NCBI GenBank assembly: GCA_048013815.1
Contig: CM106585.1
Location: 1,798,001 to 1,862,000 of the forward strand
Reading direction: 5' to 3'
Length of the DNA: 64,000 bases
Source of the DNA: Setoptus koraiensis
Lineage: Eukaryota > Animalia > Arthropoda
Positions 24,883 to 36,044 of this stretch are shown piece by piece. Position 1 is the first letter of the stretch, and the number at the start of each line of letters is the position of its first letter. The translations under genes were made by a program, and so were the position numbers. The notes below the pieces were generated by a model, which was not told the DNA's origin, ran no database searches, and saw only the letters and a program-made list of their open reading frames with translations.

Positions 24883-25339
24883 CAGGCAGCGGTCATGTGG
24901 CAGCCGGTCAACATGCATCTAGTGGTCAATCGGTTGTTTGGCCAGCAAGCTTTGGTCAGCGAAGAAGAAGAGGATTCACTTTACGAGACTTGCTCGCCGT
25001 GACGCAACCAACAATCGGCAACTGAGCGCGATTTTTGTGTTTGTCTTTATCTCTTGTTTATCCTTGACGTTGCGATGCAACTATTACACGCAACTAATAA
25101 CGAGATGACATAATATCAGCAATCAGCTGTCTGTCTAGTTACTTTTGACGCTGTTTGCGCCACATAAAACCAAACAAAACCAGACAAAACCAAATAAATG
25201 CAAATAAAACCAAATGTGAGTTGCATGAGTGTACATCATTAAAGCACCTGTTGCAGCACGACGGCCGATCATTAGCGAGCAACAGGATCGTTATTGTGTC
25301 TTGTGAGAGCACAGTCGCTAATGACATTTAATACACACA

Positions 25340-26110
25340 CACTCAAATAAGTAACGGTCATCTCAAATAATCATCGCACAATAGTTGTCGTGGCCAAGTC
25401 GTGCAATCGTCAACATGGCCAATGGTTGCAGTTGAGCAATGTGACCCCAATGATATTCGGTGACTTACTCTCTTTGACAACTCACCTAACAGCAGCAGCA
25501 GCAGCAACAACAACAACAACAACAGCAACAACAGGTCACAGCAGCGTCGTCGGCACGCAACGACAATGCGACAGCTCTAGTCACCCTACGGTGGTCGCTG
25601 TCATACTCGCCATCGTCATACCTATTTACCTGTACTAGTTACCTGTCGCTGTCAGTCAGTCAGCTGACTCAGCAGCGCAGTGAAGTGTCGTTAAACCCAA
25701 ACATGTAAACAATTATTGCAACAACAACAACAACAACGGCAACAACAACGGCAACAACAACGGCAACAACAATGCACCCGTCGTAACATGAGGCTGCATG
25801 TAGCTGCCAATGAGAAGAAGAAAAGGCCCGGCTGATTGTTATTAGGCAAGCAATTAGTGTGTTTGTTTGTTTTGCCTTTGCTCGCCCTGATGCAGCTTCT
25901 TTTTCTTTGCTCGCTCGCTCTGCTTCTTTTCTTCGGGACCAACGACAACGGCAACGTGATCGCCATCACAATTGACTTTGGCGTCTGTTTCTGCCCTCCT
26001 GTCCCGTCCCACAACAACGGACAACAACCGGCAAATTGACATGGCCGGCCCATTGTGAGTGTCAGCACCAATGTTACACTGACAAACAGTGCAGGCCAAT
26101 AAAACACTCC
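25340..26110 (-). pseudogene. Degenerate ABCC remnant (TM6, NBD1 signature, NBD2 H-loop)
   Basis: LFVSVTL (VFVSITL), TGGQKQ (SGGQKA) in ORF 25691-26149, then TLLNCNHW (TIKNAFNHC) and MLTIARL...MII*DD (VLTIAHRL...VLVLDA), in the correct order. Confidence 0.55.
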
Positions 26111-26240
26111 AACTGACAGTCGGCAATTGAGCCGGCGTAGCGTACCCACGCTTGCGCGCCTACCAGTGTCTTACGTAATCAATGAAGCGATCACTCTATG
26201 AGCTCTCATTCCAACAACAATACTGTTCACCTGTAGTTGT

Positions 26241-26308
<68 letters not shown>

Positions 26309-27010
26309 GCGGCGCTGTTGTCGCAGTTGTTGGCGCGGTTGTTGGCGCCGTTGTTGTTACACAGTGTAGTTTGTATAACAAAGGCATTAATAACAACAGG
26401 AGCGGCGACTATTAGCCAATTGCGAGCTCCATAGCAAGTTGCTATTAAAAGAAGAAGAGCCTGCATTGCATGCGCCGATATTCCCAAGCTTGTGTGCACC
26501 GGTGCTCACAAATTTTCTTGTTGCCATATAAGTATGTCGCTTGTCACATGCCATCGACATGCCGCAACAGAGAATCGGCGCCAATCTCGCAATTGTTGTT
26601 TGTTCTTCCAAAGTCGAGCCACCGTTCGTTGCATCGTCGAGCTCGCCATGTCGAGCTCGCCATGCTGAGCCCAATTAATTCAAATTCAAACGTTGCTGGC
26701 ATGACAACGCAATCCATTGCATCTCGTAGCCGGGCTAGCGACTGCTAATAGCCAGCGCAAGTCATCTCTTGGTTTGGCATAGTCACTAGTCACTAGTGTG
26801 TGCGTGCGATGGCAAGGCGCCTCGTAAAATGATGAATAATTTTGCACTTGATTGAAGCTTCTCATTTCATAATCGATCTTGCAGCTTTATGAGGTTTTAC
26901 CACCGAAAAGAAGCTCGACAATCAGTTATTATGCAGCGCACTTTGTATCGGCTGTAATTGTCAACTAATAGCGGACGTCACATGCGTCACCGCAATAACC
27001 CGATGTGATC

Positions 27011-27079
27011 AACTGATCACCATACTTGATTTAACTGCATCGACTCGATGGCAGTTAAATCAAGTATGGTGATCGAGTT
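27011..27079. other. Perfect 24-bp inverted repeat with 12-nt loop (pre-miRNA-like hairpin or palindrome)
   Basis: 27015-27038 gatcaccatacttgatttaactgc is the exact reverse complement of 27051-27074; aact/agtt extends it after a 1-nt bulge. Confidence 0.9.
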
Positions 27080-27549
27080 ACCGCGAGTTGCGACTCAATC
27101 CCGCGACTTGCAACTACAATCAATCGCTGCTGTCATTGTTTGCACTTGCAATATATAAAATACGTAAAATCCCTTTATTACAATGTACGCAATGCACAGT
27201 CGTAATGATAATAGTGTCTGCTATCGATAGCGTTGTTGCTCTTCTTCTTCTTCTCACACAACAACCGCCACGGCGTATCCCAACAAACAACAAACAAACA
27301 AACATACAAACAATAGTGGTGAACACCAACAACAACAGGTGATTCGCAACAATCGCGCTGGCCAAACAACGGCGACAGCTCGACGTCTTGCGGGCAAACT
27401 AAAGTTGCTAGCCGAGTTGTTGTTGCTGTAGCTGTTATATTGATTCCAATCACAACCGACAACTGACAACTGTCAACTGTCAGTCTGCTCACAGCTGACA
27501 GTTGACAACTGAAATTTATAAAGCAAAGTAACATTTATTTATTTGTTGC

Positions 27550-27790
27550 GGTTCATAGATTGTGGCACTCGTTAACCACTTGAGCACTGTCAACTAAAAT
27601 CAATTGGTCTAGACTAGAAAACTCAATGACACTTTCGATTTGATAGAAAAGCAACGCCAATAATTCATTCGATCAACTTCTCTGTCGCTGTTGTCTAGAC
27701 CATAAATTATAGCTCACTCGCTCACACCGATGGCCAATGGCTGGAATGGCTATCGGCTCGACGACTCCAACGCTGACCACCTACTAGTAA
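27550..27790 (-). pseudogene. Degenerate ABCC NBD2 C-terminal remnant
   Basis: VGGQRWSRRA (SVGQRQLICLARA), LDNSDREVD (LDEATANVD), DQLILVDSAQVVNECHNL (DKVLVLDAGQIKEFGEPHKL), colinear. Confidence 0.5.
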
Positions 27791-28093
27791 CTGCATGAAT
27801 ATGGAGAGTCGTTAACCTCATAAACTGGCCATCTTCTGTCTGTCTCTGTTTGTGTGTAGGTCTAGCCAGCTTGGCTTGGCTTAGCCAGTTAGCTTAGTTA
27901 GCTGGTTGGCTGGCTGACTGGCTGGCCGGCTGGGGGTTACTGCTTGTTGATAATTGGCGCGACACCCAGCGGCTACACTAGAAGATACGCGCACAAAAGC
28001 AAATGATGCAATAGATCCAGCAACTACCAAAACAACAGCAACCACCAAAACAACAGCAACAACAACAGCAACAACATAAACACAAAGTAAAAA

Positions 28094-28138
<45 letters not shown>

Positions 28139-28400
28139 ATCATGTCGCTTGGCCAACTCTTCTTCATTTGTTGCTGGTTGCTATTTATTGCTTGCTTGAT
28201 TAATTGTAGACACACACAAACACAAACATAGACATGGACATAGACATAAACACCGAGTCAGACATCGATGATATGCTTGCAACACTAGTTAAGTGAGTTA
28301 GCCAAGCCAGAATTGGGTCAAACAGCCAGCAAGTTTCAATAGTGATAGCATTAGTTGTAGCGACTCATTAGCAGCAACAGACCAAAAGAGATGAGATCAG

Positions 28401-28880
28401 ATAATGAGATGATACGAGACCAGGTGAGCCAATGATCCAATGAGATGAAATTATTAGCGCCAGTCCAGTCGCTCGAGCGAGTTTCTCCTTCTTTTTAACT
28501 TATCTAGATTGTCGAGACGCAGAGACGAGCAGCGAGCGAGCGAGAGAAAGATTCATAAACTTCAATAGCTTGATAATTAGCGATGCGTTCGCCAAAGAGG
28601 GAGTGAGCAAGGTGAATAGGGTCAACTTACTCCGCTCTGGCTCTGTTGTGTTGCCGCTCTTGGTTGCCGCTGCTTCAAAACTAGTGATCTAGGCAACTAA
28701 GGCAACAACAAACAACCTGCCAGACTCCTTCTCTGTTGCGCAATCATATTCAAGGCTGATACTTTGCGCTACTTTGCCCAACAAACGCAAACACATCGCT
28801 TATAATCACTAATAACTATATCTGTGTGTCCACTCTGTCTGAATTAATCTGTCTATGTGTATCATGAGGCAACAACAACC
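28401..28880. repeat. 3' flank of the intact ABCC containing blocks A (28401-28640) and B (28685-28880)
   Basis: See the paralogous copies at 20612-20810 and 19090-19260. Confidence 0.8.
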
Positions 28881-29117
28881 GACTGACCGGACTAAATTCA
28901 CCTGTGTTACTCTTTCGGTTGTACTCTTTCCAGATACTTCCAGTGGCATCGCTAACAGCCAACACTGTCTAACGCTAATGCTGAAAATGTAAACTGACTG
29001 TTATACCGCATAAGCAACACTGCTTCATCATGACCAACTCAAATAATAAATAAAAATAACGTAAGTATAACGATTAGATTATTATTCTCATTATTATTAC
29101 TATTACTATTATTTTTT

Positions 29118-32100
29118 TTATTGATTAGAAGCAGGTCGCTGTTGTTGTTCGGTTTGCTTATCATGACGCCCATTAGAATTAAGGCTTCTTTTTGCTCTAT
29201 ATGAACGTTCGGCAATCTTGCGCAATTTAGGGGCCAGATTCTCTGTTTTGTCGATCATGGACGAAAACCAGCCACCCTTTATAGAGGCCAGCTTGTGGGG
29301 CTCGCCAAACTCTTTGATTTGGCCAGCGTCCAATACTAGCACTTTGTCACTGTCCATAATGGTGTTTAATCTGTGAGCAATTGTTAACACTGTACAATGA
29401 TTGAAGGCATTCTTAATTGTTTTCTGGATGAATTTATCCGTTTCTGGATCAACGTTGGCAGTGGCCTCGTCAAGAATCAAAATACGATTCTGGCGCAATA
29501 TTGCCCGGGCCAAACATATCAACTGTCGTTGACCCACGCTGAAATTACCGCCGCCCTCATTCAATTTGGCGTCCAAGCCGCCGGGTAAGTCCATGACAAC
29601 GTCCTTGAGTTGCACTTGAGCCAACGATTTCCACAATTGTTCGTCGTTATATTCGGCAAACGGATCCAAATTCCTTCTCACTGGCCCATTGAACAAAATT
29701 GGCTCCTGTGGAATGATTGATATTTTTCTGCGCAAATCAGCCAGTCCCAACGTCTTCGTATCGATTCCATCTATCACAACACTGCCATCAGTGTCCGTCA
29801 GCCGAAACAATACCGCTATCATGCTGGACTTGCCAGCGCCCGTCCTACCAACAATTCCCACTTTCTCGCGCGCATTAACAGTGAAAGTCAAATTTTTCAA
29901 CACTGGCTCCTCTGTAGCGAAATATCTCAATGTGACATCGCGAAACTCGATCTGCCCCTTGGCTGGCCAATCATCGTCAGGTTTATTGTTTGGGTCCGAC
30001 TCGGCGGCGGGCTCCTCGGGAAGCTCACTGTACTCCTTGATTCGTGCCACTGAGGTCATTTGACTCTCTAATTCTGTTGACTGGCGCACACCCCATTGGA
30101 ATGAGCCCGACAAGACGAGCGCCGACGATATGGCCAAGCCTAGCTGGCTGCCCGTAATGCCAAAAGTGCCAATGGTCATTGTCATAACCAGAGTGACAAC
30201 GGCAATGTAACCCAAAGACAACCAGTCGAGAGCGACGCCCAACCAACGGCTCGACGCGATAAACAAGAACCAGGCGGAGCTGTGCAGATCTTGATAGTCA
30301 TCAAACTTCCTCTCTAATAAATAAATAATATATAAACAAATTGATGGAGTTGAAGAAAGAGTTGTTAGTTAGAATTGTCAGTAATGGCATGCATTGTTAG
30401 TAATGGCAACACAATGGCAAGGGGGCTCCTACCGAAAGTGTCCTCGACCCCGAAAGCGCGTATGGTCGACAGGCCGTTGAGCGAAGTGGCCAAGTGAGAA
30501 AACACGGGACTTCTTGTGACACCCTCTATCGTTTTGAGGCTTCGAACGGTCTTCATATACAACAGCCTGATGATGACCACTATGGCCAACAAAAATATGG
30601 CTGGCACAACCATATAGGGAAATATAATTGCAACTGTAACAAGAATGCCGATAACATTCACACCAATCTCAACCGTGTCGAATGATGTTGGTGGCAACAA
30701 ATCGTCCACTATGCCCATATCGCGCGATATTCTATTCAATAATATTCCTATTGGTGTGTAATCAAAGAATTTTATCGGTGCCTTCAATATGCTCCTAAAC
30801 AAGTGGTTGTGCAAATTTATAGAGGCTCTCATACAGGCTATAAAGAAGCCAGTTGTTCTCACTAGCGATACCAAGAACAGGCCCAGTATGAGCGAGCTAT
30901 ACACTATGGTGTTCTCTTTTAGTGTTAGTGTGTCCGTTAGAGTGACAGGCTCATATCCTCCTGGCGAGCTGGCCTTCCTCTGTTCTGTGTCTGTCCAATA
31001 GCTCAACCAAAAGTCACTGCCATTGAATAGTACTTGCGTTATAAGATTGGTGAACAGTACTATAGGCACCAATATAACACCTTTTGTCATTTTTATATAG
31101 TACCAATAGACAGCTAAGCCCGTCGATTGCATCGTCATAGATTCTGTGTTTTGTTTCATGGGTGCCTCTCCAGTTAGCTCATCTTGAGACTTGACTGTTT
31201 TGGTTGCATCGCCGCCCAAATTGGCCAGAGTTCCCTTCGTAGAGCCATCCAATGAACCGAACAACAATGATCGTTGTGACAACTGCTCTTGTTGGCTATC
31301 AAACTCTGCCTGCTTGTTTCTTATGCCCTGTTGCATGTCGTCGCTTGACAGCGTCTTGCCCTGTTCACTGTCCGATCGATCAGTATGAGAGCCTGCGAAA
31401 TCCATCAGATCGAGATTGTCAGAATAATTGCCAAAGGATATTTGTTTGCCATCGTCCAAATAAAGAATACTATTGGCACTCTTGGCAAATTGCAACTGAT
31501 GCGTCACCAATATCACAATTTTATCTTTTAGGAAACCTCTGATGCAATTATCAAATATGTGCTTTGCAACAGCAGAATCAACGGCCGACAATGGATCATC
31601 CAGTAGGTAAATGTCTGCGTCATAATACAGGGCTCTGGCCAAATTAACTCGTGCCTTTTGTCCACCACTCAATGAGACTCCTCGTTCGCCCACCAATGTA
31701 TCATCGCCTTGCGGAAACAGTTGTATGTCTCTATCTAAAGCACAAGCGCTAAGCACTTGCTTGTAACGTTCATGATTGTAAGCCTTACCAAATAGTACAT
31801 TATCCCTGATGGTGCCAGAATATATCCACGGCTCTTGAGATGAGTATGATATCTTACCTCTGATAACCATCTGACCAGAGGTGATGGGTAGTTCGCCTAG
31901 AATAGACAGGAGCACTGATGATTTGCCTGAACCAACTCTACCAACAATCACCATCAATTGTGAGCTCTTTATTCTGAATGTGATATTCCTTAGGGCACTC
32001 ACTTCCGTTGAGTCGGCTCCATTTTGCGCTTCGCTCAACAGACTCATGTTGGCTGTCGATGCCAACAATGACTCGCTTTTACCTGAGCTGGTTTTCTTGC

Positions 32101-33454
32101 CACCTAGGTTTTTGAACTGCTGACCTGCTGACAAATCGTTGAGTATTTTCCAACGTGCACTTACGTCGCGACACTCTATTCGCACCTCATCGGCGGACAC
32201 GGGTAACTTGGAATGATCCAACAGCTGCGAGCTTTCTTGTTCGGGCAATAATAGAAACTCTTGTAATCTTGAGCACGATATAAGAGTTTCGGCCAATTGA
32301 GCTACTCCATATGGGAAGAACAATGTCATTAATAGGCGCACCGCATTGAACAATGTTATGGAAACAAACACTATCTCGGCATCTAGGATATAACCCAATT
32401 CCACATATGTGATGAAACACAAAAACAATATTATCTTCGAAGAAACAAAGAACAATGCCATATTTATGCCTCGTAACACCGAAGTGTGTCTGATTAATTT
32501 GACTTCGTTCTCTCTAGCTAACTCCACTAACTTGGCAAATGGTTCCTCCCAAACGTACATCTTGATTACCCTCATTGCGGGTATAATTTCGTTCATCAAT
32601 CGCACTCGTTCGTCCGTTCTATTGGCGGTTTGAAGCCTCAATGTACTGAACCAACGACCCATATACGACTGAAAGGGAATGTAGAGCAATAAAACCGCCG
32701 AACCGGCTATGGTGGCATAAAAACCCAGATAATAAACCGATAGGAGTGTGATCGATATGATCGCCTGCAATGGGGCTACAATCAAATATTGAATATAGTT
32801 GAGGGCCACATCAAAACGGTTGACATCGTTGGAGAGTAAATTGACCATTTGACCTACTGTTGTCTGTCCGATGGCTGCTCTGCTTAACTTCAATGAATGA
32901 CGATAAATCAAATGACAACAAGCTACTCTAACTTTCATTCCATAGTGTTGAGTACTAAATACGTACGGGTGAGTTGTCAACACTGAAACAATAGACAAAA
33001 ATATCAAGATCAGGCCACCGTAAAATGATCGCATATAATATTCATTGAGCAACTCTGCCGAAGCGCCAGGGTCTAAAGTTAAATAAATGTTTACATCATG
33101 GATGAGCCAACCCAACGAAACTGCTTGTAGTGGCCTAATAATACATTCACCAACAGCTATCCATAACCCGGTGATTATATAACCTATTCCAAATGTTCTA
33201 TTAAGGGCTCGGACAAAACTGGCAGTTTTACCTTGACGACGATTGTACAATTCTTTCTTCCATTCATTTTGTAACTTCTCTCCTAGATCGTCACTTTTAT
33301 CTTCAGAGGGCGGCTTATAAAGATCTTCTAATTCTAAATCCTTGTTGAATCCTTTCCTAATAAACGGATTCATCCACCAGAAAACAGCTTGAGATGCATA
33401 ACCTGCTGTATTGAACGGATTCTCTAGGAATACCCGACTCTTGTCATCGGCCAT
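29118..33454 (-). CDS. ABCC4: ABC transporter subfamily C, MRP4/ABCC4-like (TMD1-NBD1-TMD2-NBD2), ~1405 aa; exons 33454-30433, 30313-29118
   Basis: Walker A GRVGSGKSS and GRTGAGKSS, signatures LSGGQKARV and FSVGQRQL, Walker B YLLDD and LILDE, H-loops VTHQ and IAHR. Single 119-nt GT-AG intron (DTF|ERKFDD); 4218 nt in frame. Symbol denotes family likeness, not orthology. Confidence 0.95.
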
Positions 33455-33789
33455 AATCGTTGTGTGCCTTCTTTGAATCTAATGTATTGGCATTTGTGAT
33501 TGTTCTACAACGATCGAAGTTCCAATTGATCTCTCTAAACACAATATGCACTAATTACTTAGGTTCTTGCTCGTGTTGCTTGGTTAGTGATTGATAATTC
33601 TTTTGTACCGATATAGTACAGGTAGAATGTAAGCAGTAAATACAATTAAACTGACCTCTGCTATCTAAGTAGTCCAAGTAGAGACTAAATGAAGTTAGTA
33701 GAAAATCATGAGCATCTTGTAACAAGTTTCTTGAAGTAAATTACCACACAATTTAATACTCATGAGATAATTGTTTGTATTATCATTTT

Positions 33790-35320
33790 GTTACCTGTTA
33801 CTAAGGAGTTTCTTCAATGTTTATCTCACAAAGCTGGCTAGATAAAATCTTACTCATCTTCACTTCAATTGAGTAAATAAGTGGTACAAGTGATAGCTAA
33901 ATAAGTGGAGTAAGTTAATCGATTAAGTTTGTTGTTGCACCACAATCTGGTTGATCTGCTAGAATAAGGCCGTTCCAATTTCACGCTGACAGCGTAATTG
34001 ACACTTTCTTGGATAGCCGATACAATATCGATTGTATCCATTTAGACTAGATAAAGCAAAAAAAGATACACTTATTTGACTAGTCATTTGTTTACCATTA
34101 GTCATCCTGTGGCCTACCACTGAAGACAATAAATTATTGAACTTTCTTAGCGGTCCTTCCGTATGTGTGAAATCCAAACAACCTTTTCTTTCTCTTGTGA
34201 GTATCTATCATTCATATTTATAGCTGTTTGTGAATTCCCGAAGAGTGAAGTGTGAATGCAACTAGATCACACATATGGCGCCTAATAGAGTCCTATGTAA
34301 GTTTTGCCTTGTTTCCAGATTTTATTGATAGAATTTTCGAATGACGTCGATGTCAATAAGAAGATTCGTATCATCTCGACCATTGAGTACTCGGGTACTT
34401 TGGTGTTGAATAAGATCGATATCTAAAACCTCAAGCAACAACAGATTTGTGATAAATCCTTAAATGTTGATCGCTGACTGATCAATATCAACGAAGTTGT
34501 TTGCTTTGATCGGGCGATGGTGAGTATAGCAAGCTTACTCCATACATCGTGGTGCCAACTGAGTGCTTTCGAGTTGGCTCAGGAATGTAACTTTTTCTTT
34601 TCGCCATCAATCAATCAGAAGGAAATGAGACACTTATGACTGATAACGCTTTCGTCCGTAATAATTCTTTTTAGGATGGGACTTGATCGGTAACCATCGT
34701 CTAATCCTAGTGACGTAAATAGACGTACAAGAGCTAAAAAAGTTGCCGCTTCTCTCTCCATCATTGAGCCGATGACAATCGTGGATTTATGCGTTGCAAT
34801 AGTCAAAATGTTTTCGTAGGTACGTATAAAATTTAGATCTCCTCATCGATCCTAGATTAAACCCGACAAAAATGGACACTAAATAAAAAAAGATATTTTC
34901 ACTTTATGACAACAATAATGAACTAATATATTTCCTGAATTGTCCACCAGGGTATATTTGACTTCATCTTATCTGCAGTCAGCATTCCATCCTGGTGCTT
35001 TTCGCCGCGCCACTATGAGGACTAGGCTTCATCAGCGGCAACATTCTCTGTGAGTTAAATGCTATTAGCAGAACAGGCAGCTGATATTGTAAATACCATG
35101 TGGCAACAAACGAAAACCAGGCAATAAACAATGATTTGTTCTAGGTTTTCAGGCTACAACATGCAGATCCTCTACAGATTTGTTATTCCATCCATTGATA
35201 AAACCATCTTTAGTAGAAATCAATTATTAGATAGATTTCATCCATAGATTTCCAGAGGCAATAGGATTGCAGACTTGCTCCACGTGCTGGTTCACAACTT
35301 GAGCAGTTACTATATGGAAT
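33790..35320 (-). pseudogene. Near full-length but collapsed ABCC pseudogene immediately upstream of the intact copy
   Basis: Colinear: NPIASGNLWMKSI**L (NP..ANL...FWWL; TAA TAA at the WW position), FINGWNNKSVEDLH (FIRKGFNKDLELEDLY), LTIATH...MEREAA...LFTSLGL, VWSKLAILTIARSKQTTSLI (VWEEPFAKLVELARENEVKLI), LDIDL..GRDDT, SGNKAKL (SGGQKARV), GPLRKFNN...HRMT (APIKFFD...NRIS), SSLNG...RK...Q...TALF, IEVKMSKI...EETP (LESQMTSV...EEP). Confidence 0.75.
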
Positions 35321-35358
35321 CCACCTTGGACATTAGAGCCCCGATTTTTTAGAATAAA

Positions 35359-35773
35359 ATGTCAGCGCCTGCCCTGTTTACAGTGAAAATATATCATCTC
35401 CCCAATACGAATGCCGATGATATTAAAGATCCTATCTCAGAATTACAGTATATCGAAGAATACTATAACATGTTATCTGCCAAAATTGTCAAGGTAAGTT
35501 GACGCTAGGAAATGCCGTAGTCTTAGGGTAGATCAAACAAAATGTGTTCCCATGACTAATTATATTTGAATCAATCTGTTTAAATTCACTCAGGGACGCT
35601 CAGTTGAGATGGACCATGCTGGGACAGTGGGAACAACGATAAAATTTAAAACCGTAGTAAATTATGCTAGACACCTACCCACCGATAGCTCCCTCGGGGT
35701 TGTTCTTGTACCTCAAGAAGGTTACATTATAAAAGAAGTGCCCTCATCATCGGACCATGAATCAGATGAATGA
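35359..35773 (+). CDS. Small two-exon orphan protein, 104 aa; exons 35359-35493 and 35594-35773 (absent from the ORF track)
   Basis: ATG, 45 open codons, AAG|gtaagt donor, 100-nt intron with tgactaat branch-like site and ttcactcag| acceptor, then 60 codons to TGA. Protein: MSAPALFTVKIYHLPNTNADDIKDPISELQYIEEYYNMLSAKIVKGRSVEMDHAGTVGTTIKFKTVVNYARHLPTDSSLGVVLVPQEGYIIKEVPSSSDHESDE. No family recognised. Confidence 0.65.
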
Positions 35774-36044
35774 ATTATTTGTGTTCTAAGATTGAGAGAC
35801 AGGTGACGATTTCAACCATTACATGGGGTAATGTGACCATACTCACCTAACTACTTCTCAGACGCTTGATCTATAAATTGTGACGCCGCACAAATGTATC
35901 GAAGATCTGCAAAAGTTAGGCAATTTCAGTGTTTATTCAAACGATCACAAGGACTATCCATGAATTTCATGGGAAATTTTTATAAAGTCCAATTGTATAT
36001 ATTGTATTAACAAGGTACTAAATATGTTTATTATTCATATTAAC

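Noticed and set aside
22297-28215. PolyL, polyT, polyC and polyN ORFs across the FAS-ABCC interval
   Set aside because: Trinucleotide microsatellite artefacts; only the embedded ABCC-like motifs were kept.
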